DNA of 62,008 bases, taken from positions 1 through 62,008 of IMG/VR virus record IMGVR_UViG_3300023184_000001; one strand, 5' to 3'. Origin of the DNA: a virus (lineage: Duplodnaviria > Caudoviricetes). A program made the translations under genes and the position numbers. Shown here piece after piece: positions 56,030 to 62,008 of the stretch. Each line of letters opens with the position of its first letter. Within the stretch, counting starts at the first letter, position 1. The notes under the pieces are model-generated. The model did no database searches and was not told the DNA's origin. It saw only the letters and a program-made list of their open reading frames with translations.

Positions 56030-58413
56030 TTAGCACATCTTTCCACGGGTCTTACCCCGTTGAGCTATGCCATCACCCCGGCTGGATGCTGAGACTGAAC
56101 CGCCAGATGCGTAACCTTTGACTGCACCACCACGTTTCATCATTGTAAAATTTTGCAAGCCAGAACGCCGTGCGTTTTCTTTTAGCATTTCTGCCTGCCG
56201 CCCCTCGGCACGCCCGCTACGCTCTGCGGCTTTAGCACCGGCTTTATCAAAGCCAAGCCTTGGTGTTGGTTTTGGAAGCGCCAATTGTTTTTCAGGCCCT
56301 GTGAGTAACCGGGGTACTTCTTTAATAGTTTCTACTTCTCTAAAGGTTGGCTCTACCCGTTTTGCAACTTCTTTAACACCGCCGCGATTGGCTAAATTTT
56401 TAGCTAGGCCAGCAATACTTTTAATACCAAAACCTGCTCCACCTAAAAGAGCCTGTTCAGGGTACACATTTTCTAGCGCCTGCGACTTTTCCATTGCGGC
56501 TCTTTTGGCTTTCCCTGCCGCAGATTGCGCTTCTTCTTCCGCTTTTTTGAACTCGGCTTCTTTCGACGCCTGCGCTTCTTTTAACGCCTGCGCTTTTTCT
56601 ACAGTTGGCCCACGCCCACTATCAGACTCGCTGGGGGTAATAGGCGGGGGAGCGTTTTTACGTTTCAGCCCCTGTTGCGCGTTCATGTAGTCTGTCAAAT
56701 CTTTGTCAGCACCGTACTTTGCTTTAAACGCATCTAATTGTTTCAGGGTGACTATTGCAGGTTTAGCTTTTGGCTCTGCTGCTGCCGTTTTTTCCGAAGC
56801 CATAGAACGCGATGTGGAGGCTGCTGGGGTTTCTGCTGCTGCCGTTTTTTCCGAAGCCATAGAACGCGATGTGGAGGCTGCTGGGGTTTCTGGTGCGTTT
56901 GCATTTTCCCCCCTCGCCAGTCGCGCCATACGTTCCGTCTGATCTTGACGGAATTGGTCATTAGCATCGTCCGCTAGAGACGACGCTGTGCCTTCTACGT
57001 ATGAATCGTCTTCGCCATTAAACCTGCGTACTTTTTTCATGCTAATCTACCTTTAGTTTTGCCACGTTGTTCGATGCCGCCGCCGCGAGGGTACTTGGTG
57101 ATCATGCCGCCCTGTTTCTTAGCGACTTCTGGGTCCATCGGAGGCTGACCCATTTCAGCGGTATAGATACCTGCGTTTTGTTTGCGCTCGTAGTCAGCAA
57201 GTTGTTTGGCCGTTGGGCCACCTTGCTTACCGCGTCCCGCACCCGCCGTTTGTGTCGCCATGTTGTGCTCCTAGCAAGCCCTGCCGCCCTTGTTCATTCT
57301 AATCTGTGTGCCTTTAGTTTTGCCTTTGGAAGCAACACCGTCAGCAGCGCGAGTAAAACCACCTGATGCCATCTTCTTCATGGCAGAGTCTTTCATCATC
57401 TTGCCATCAGGCATCTTGTGCATACCGCCGTGATTCATGCCCATCATTTGTCTTTTGTCCATTGCCATGTCCGCTTTAGAGCCTTCTTTCATGCCCTTTT
57501 TCTCTACATCTTTACCAGACGTTTCAAAGTTAGCCATCCCTTCGCGTTTCATGCCCATAGGAGACATACTTTTTTTCTTAGCCATCATTGCCATGAAACC
57601 GGGATTCATTTTCGTAGCCATAGTATCACCACCTTTGCTAAAAAGTTCGTTGCGACCTTGATTGGTCTTGGGATTGTTTACTGTCTGCAGATCGGCTCGA
57701 TTGCGCGTGCTAGTAGGCAATTTTAGTGCTTTATCAGCCGCCGTGAAGTCTTTACCTACACTCATGGGAACACCAGCTTTCTTGGCAAAAGCAGGGCTAT
57801 TTGCAATAGCTGCCATAAAATTGTGCTGAGCTTTTGATGATGAAGGCATTTAGCACATCCTACCTTTGGTCTTACCACGTTGAGCTATGCCATCTGCGCG
57901 GCGGGAAGCTGATACTGAACCGCCGTTGGCGTATTTTTTGACCGAGCCGCCATGTTTCATGCCTTCTTTCTCTGCATCTACTTCACGCATTGCTTGGTCA
58001 TTTTCCATATCCGCAATGCGGTTCCTAGAATCTTCGGACAACTTTACTCTGTTGCTACTCCCCATCTTATCGGCAATAGATTTAAGTATTTCAGAACCTT
58101 CAACCATCTTTTTGCCTGCGCCAGTGCGCTCATCAATCTCGCGGCCCAAGCCATACCCAACTTCTCCAGCTAACCCAGCAAGTCCAGCACGACCTGCGGA
58201 ACGCACAGTAGCACGACCTCCTGCCTCTTGCACCTGCTTTTGATTTTGTGAGCGGGTCTCAGCAGTATTTAACCCGCGACGAATACGTTCTGCATCTGCA
58301 TTCTGGGACTCAAGCACATCCTCACGCAAGTTTGGCATGAGGTCTCTAGCATTAGTCTGCCCCGGAGAACGATACCTGTATCCGGGGATTTCAGGTTTAT
58401 TAAGTCTGCCCAT
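56030..58413 (-). CDS. Four tandem basic proteins with a shared C-terminal tag (56030-57040, 57037-57261, 57271-57849, 57850-58413)
   Basis: All end in variants of GG..R.DGIAQRGKT(K/R)G. Confidence 0.75.
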
Positions 58414-58422
58414 AATATTCTC

Positions 58423-58680
58423 CTAGCATTTCCATCTTGCAAGGGCCGCTGCTTTGCGGGTTGGTTTACCTTTTTCGTCTTTCATCGGCCCCGGCATACC
58501 TGACATCCGCGCACAGAATGAGTCTTTGCGGGGGCCACCTTGGGGCTGTGGAGCCTTGAGGTTGCTGCCAGTTGCTGCGTTGTACTTGGCCCTGCCCTTG
58601 GCAGTCAGGCCAGCCCCCTGAGAGATCGGGAGCTTCTCGCCCCGACCCACAGAGAGAACCGGGCCTTTTTTCTTAGCCAT
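58423..58680 (-). CDS. Small basic conserved phage protein
   Basis: GLT.KGRAKYN...GSNLKAP....RK.SFCARM...L.RW.C. Confidence 0.7.
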   Translation of the reverse strand: MAKKKGPVLSVGRGEKLPISQGAGLTAKGRAKYNAATGSNLKAPQPQGGPRKDSFCARMSGMPGPMKDEKGKPTRKAAALARWKC

Positions 58681-58681
58681 G

Positions 58682-59020
58682 CTATGTTAATTGAGAAGTT
58701 GTAAGGGAAGTTGTGGGGGATGTTGTGGGGGATGTTGTAAGGGAAGGTTGCTCGTCTAACACCCACAAACAAGTGGCCTCGTCGAGTGTACATGCTACAT
58801 CGGGTTTCGGGGGGATAAAAGCATCCCGAACGGGATCATAGGTATACCCAATACCAGCGTAGTTTTTACGTAGAGGGCGACCCTCTGGGTGTACCCCGCC
58901 ATGCGTGTTATAGCTAGTCTGAACCCATCCGGTGCCAAATAGGCCGGAGTCAATAACATCTTGCTCGGCCACGATGCCTCGAACAACAATGCCGTCTTGG
59001 ACTTGTACAAAAGATGCCAT
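58682..59020 (-). CDS. Partner protein of the glycine-rich fibre
   Basis: W.QTSYN.....LRKNYAGIGYTYD..RDAFIPPKP; C-terminal TTSP 12-bp repeats. Confidence 0.65.
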   Translation of the reverse strand: MASFVQVQDGIVVRGIVAEQDVIDSGLFGTGWVQTSYNTHGGVHPEGRPLRKNYAGIGYTYDPVRDAFIPPKPDVACTLDEATCLWVLDEQPSLTTSPTTSPTTSLTTSQLT

Positions 59021-59022
59021 AG

Positions 59023-61518
59023 TTAGAAAGTAATTGAGCCGGAGCTAGTCCACTTATAAACTCTGTATCCGCCTGCTGTTGTAACCGTCGGGCTACCGGT
59101 TGTCGATGTTGCTGCTGGATAGGTATCTGCGTAACGAATGATTACTATGCCTGAACCACCTGAAGCACCTACACCTGCAAGTGTAGCGCCACCACCACCA
59201 CCACCAGTATTAATAGTGCCATCAACAGGCGAACTACCTGTCCCGTAGTTTGAACCCGCCCCACCACCACCTGTTCCGCCTGCGGAAGTTCCATTTCTGT
59301 TCCAGCCACCGCCACCGCCAGCGTACGCAGTAGATGCGCCTGAAATTGACGACGACGAACCTGCGCCACCTGTACCTGTAGTGCCACTACCGCCCGATCC
59401 AACAGCACTTGCACCGCCACCGCCACCAGCAATATTATTGGCAGGATCGCCTGAACCACCAGCGTATCCTTGCACTGGGCTAGTTACAGGAGACGATATA
59501 CCTCCAGCGGTTGATCCAAAAGTGCCGTCACCATAGTAACCGCCACCACCACCTGAACCACCATTGCCCCCAGTCATGTCCCCACCGCCGTAACCTGTTC
59601 CCCCAGCGCCACCGCCAGTGGCTGTAATAGTGCTAAAAACTGAATTATTACCTACGGTACCTTTAACATTAGTAGCCCCACCTGTTCCACCGAGGCCAAC
59701 TGTTACTGTAATCGCCACAGCCGGTGTTACTGCAAACCCCGTTGCGGTTCTATATCCACCACCACCAGCACCACCACCAGCACTACCACCAGCACCACCA
59801 CCGCCAGCAACCACTAGATATTCAACCGTTGGAGTAGCAGATGACGGTGCTGAAAAAGTTACTGTGCCGGTACCAGCAGTTGCTTTGTAGACTTTGTACC
59901 CAGTTACAGCAGTCGACATTGTTTGGGTTATCCCAGAAAACGTAGCTGTGTAAGTGTCTGGGATTTTGAGAAGAACAACACCTGAGCCGCCAGCACCGCC
60001 ATTATAGGCGCTAGTACCGCCGCCTCCGCCACCACCAAAATTAGCTGTTCCAGCAGTACCGCTTTGAGTACCTGCACCGCCTGCACCGCCACCGCCTGCA
60101 CCGCCCGCTGCCGGTGTTCCAGTACCAGTATATCTGCCAGCACCGCCACCGCCTGCATAATATGTTAGTGAACCGGACTCGTTGGTGTATATAATCCCAA
60201 CGCCGCCAGCAGTCGCAGGCGTAGTCGCCACACTGGTAGGCGTAGCAGCAGCAGCGCCCGCTCCGCCACCCCCACCTACCCCGTATGGGGAGCTAGTAAG
60301 ACCACCATTACCACCCCCAGCATACCCTTGCCCTGATGTACCACTACCGCCCGCTGCTGTTGTTGTACTACTTTTACCACCGCCGCCACCTGATCCTCCT
60401 GCAAGGCCGTCAATAGTCACGGCTGATCCACCGCCACCGCCGCCAATTGCAGTTAGTGCATCAAATACTGAGTTGTTACCAGACCCACCTCTAGCACCAT
60501 CGCATACCCCTGCAGTGCCCCCAGTCCCAACTGTTAGTGTGAGGGCTGATGCAGTAGCTGATGAAACGCTACCTGTTAGCGCACCGCCTGCACCGCCACC
60601 GCCTGAAGCTCCACCGCCACCGCCTGCAACTACTAGGTATTCAACAGTTACCGCAGACACTACTGAAAAAGTTACTGTGCCGGTACCAGCAGTTGCTGTG
60701 TATATGTTGTATCCAGCTGTAGCAGTTGATGTTGTAGCAGTTACTCCAGAAAACGTAGCTCCGTAAGTGTTTGGGATTTTAAGTATGACAATGCCCGAAC
60801 CGCCTGCGCCACCAGTTGGGTTTATTGTCTGGCAACCCCCACCACCACTGCCAGTATTTACAGTACCGGCTGTAGGTGCACCTGAAGATTGACCACCGCC
60901 AGTGCCACCACCACCGTTGCCACCGGCACTACCAACGCCGTTTATACCCCCACTACCGCCACCCGCTATCCATCGCGTTCCCGAAATATCTACACCTGCG
61001 TTAGCGGCAGTCAATAAGGCAGAATACGCTGATGTACCGTTGCCCCCAGTGACACCAGATGCATCAGCGCCTGCACCACCACCACCACCCGCTGCATAAG
61101 GAGAACTACTTGCAGCACCTGCAGCCCCGTTGTTACCTTGTACAGGAGATGCTGTTCGTGTACCTGCTACACCACCTCCATATCCCCCACCTCCGCTTGA
61201 GCCGCCATTACCGCCTGTACCTCCTACAGTATCTCCACCAGCTCCGCCACCTGTTGCAGTAATAGTACTGAATACTGAGTTATTACCATTAGCACCAGTA
61301 ACAGAGGTTGCTGTACCTCCTGCGCCAACTGTTAATGTAATTGGGGTACCTGTTGTTGCTGCAAACCCTGATGCTGATAGCAATCCACCAGCACCACCAC
61401 CGCCCCCGTTATTAGTACTACCCCCGCTACCGCCGCCAGCAACTACTAGGTATTCAACAGTTAACGGAGCCGCCGCGCTAGTAGACAGCGTTAAGAAATT
61501 GTTCCGGGCAGCAAACAT
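59023..61518 (-). CDS. Glycine-rich fibre/receptor-binding protein with three tandem domains
   Basis: TVEYLVVAGGG...GGSG(I/V)V repeated three times; very high Gly content. Confidence 0.75.
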   Translation of the reverse strand: MFAARNNFLTLSTSAAAPLTVEYLVVAGGGSGGSTNNGGGGGAGGLLSASGFAATTGTPITLTVGAGGTATSVTGANGNNSVFSTITATGGGAGGDTVGGTGGNGGSSGGGGYGGGVAGTRTASPVQGNNGAAGAASSSPYAAGGGGGAGADASGVTGGNGTSAYSALLTAANAGVDISGTRWIAGGGSGGINGVGSAGGNGGGGTGGGQSSGAPTAGTVNTGSGGGGCQTINPTGGAGGSGIVILKIPNTYGATFSGVTATTSTATAGYNIYTATAGTGTVTFSVVSAVTVEYLVVAGGGGGASGGGGAGGALTGSVSSATASALTLTVGTGGTAGVCDGARGGSGNNSVFDALTAIGGGGGGSAVTIDGLAGGSGGGGGKSSTTTAAGGSGTSGQGYAGGGNGGLTSSPYGVGGGGGAGAAAATPTSVATTPATAGGVGIIYTNESGSLTYYAGGGGAGRYTGTGTPAAGGAGGGGAGGAGTQSGTAGTANFGGGGGGGTSAYNGGAGGSGVVLLKIPDTYTATFSGITQTMSTAVTGYKVYKATAGTGTVTFSAPSSATPTVEYLVVAGGGGAGGSAGGGAGGGGYRTATGFAVTPAVAITVTVGLGGTGGATNVKGTVGNNSVFSTITATGGGAGGTGYGGGDMTGGNGGSGGGGGYYGDGTFGSTAGGISSPVTSPVQGYAGGSGDPANNIAGGGGGASAVGSGGSGTTGTGGAGSSSSISGASTAYAGGGGGWNRNGTSAGGTGGGGAGSNYGTGSSPVDGTINTGGGGGGATLAGVGASGGSGIVIIRYADTYPAATSTTGSPTVTTAGGYRVYKWTSSGSITF

Positions 61519-61921
61519 TACGGTGTGTATCCAGCGGTAACTGATCCGTACCAGTTGGTGCCGTCAGCAACAAACGAAAGAATGTCCATCTTACCCGCAG
61601 TCGCTGTAATTGTTGGTGCGCCTGCGGTACCCCACTTAACGCTTGTAAATGTTGCGGTACCATTGCCAGTGGCTGCTGCTTGTTTAAGCAGAAGAATAAA
61701 CGATTTGCCCGCCGTAGCAGTAGGCATCGTGAATGTGGTAGCAGTAGAGGCCGTCAACGTAGCCGTTTGGACTGTGCCGTTAGTTAACGCAATGGTATTT
61801 GTTGCCCCAACCGTGCCAATAGCTACAACGCTTTCCGTGTAGTTGGTAATCGTCGGGTTATTTAGTGTCGGGCTTGTCCCCAGCACCACTGCGCCTGTGC
61901 CTGTGCTTGTTGTGACCCCGG
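61518..61921 (-). CDS. Tail fibre protein, 3' part (continuation of 1-1333)
   Basis: In frame across the junction; C-terminal VKW.....PT.T...GK.DI.SF..DGTNWYG. Confidence 0.8.
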
Positions 61922-62008
61922 TGCCACCGTTGGCTACCGGCAAAGTGCCAGTAACACCTGTGGTCAGAGGTAAGCCTGTGGCGTTTGTAAGCGTGCCTGA
62001 AGTTGGCG

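Noticed and set aside
1-62008. tRNA genes, integrase, RNA polymerase, alternative genetic code
   Set aside because: No cloverleaf or recombinase/RNAP motifs seen by eye; long genes are intact under the standard code

Overview
The window looks like a complete, circularly assembled ~62 kb tailed-phage genome with podovirus-like architecture. Bases 1-87 are identical to 61922-62008, and the junction falls inside a tail-fibre gene. The minus-strand late arm runs 11856->1 and 62008->35568. It carries terminase, portal, GroES, scaffold, major capsid, fibres, small basic proteins, adaptor/tail proteins, lysis genes and large internal (ejection) proteins. The plus-strand early/replication arm (12288-35492) carries many small ORFs, a MoxR-type AAA+/vWA-peptidase module, family A DNA polymerase, exonuclease, SNF2 helicase, an SSB-like protein and a primase-helicase. 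I saw no integrase, RNA polymerase, tRNA or CRISPR array. The top signal is a DNA polymerase A gene fractured into two separately translated ORFs carrying the N- and C-halves of a naturally split intein, with a free-standing HNH endonuclease in a third frame between them. Other highlights: a palindrome CTAACAWTGTTAG present 11 times exactly (plus one variant), all in the first 15 kb of the early arm and including sites inside coding sequence; a family of small basic late proteins sharing xxGG and RGKT(K/R)G tags; and several candidate structured or small RNAs. All product calls come from recognising motifs by eye, with no database searches.
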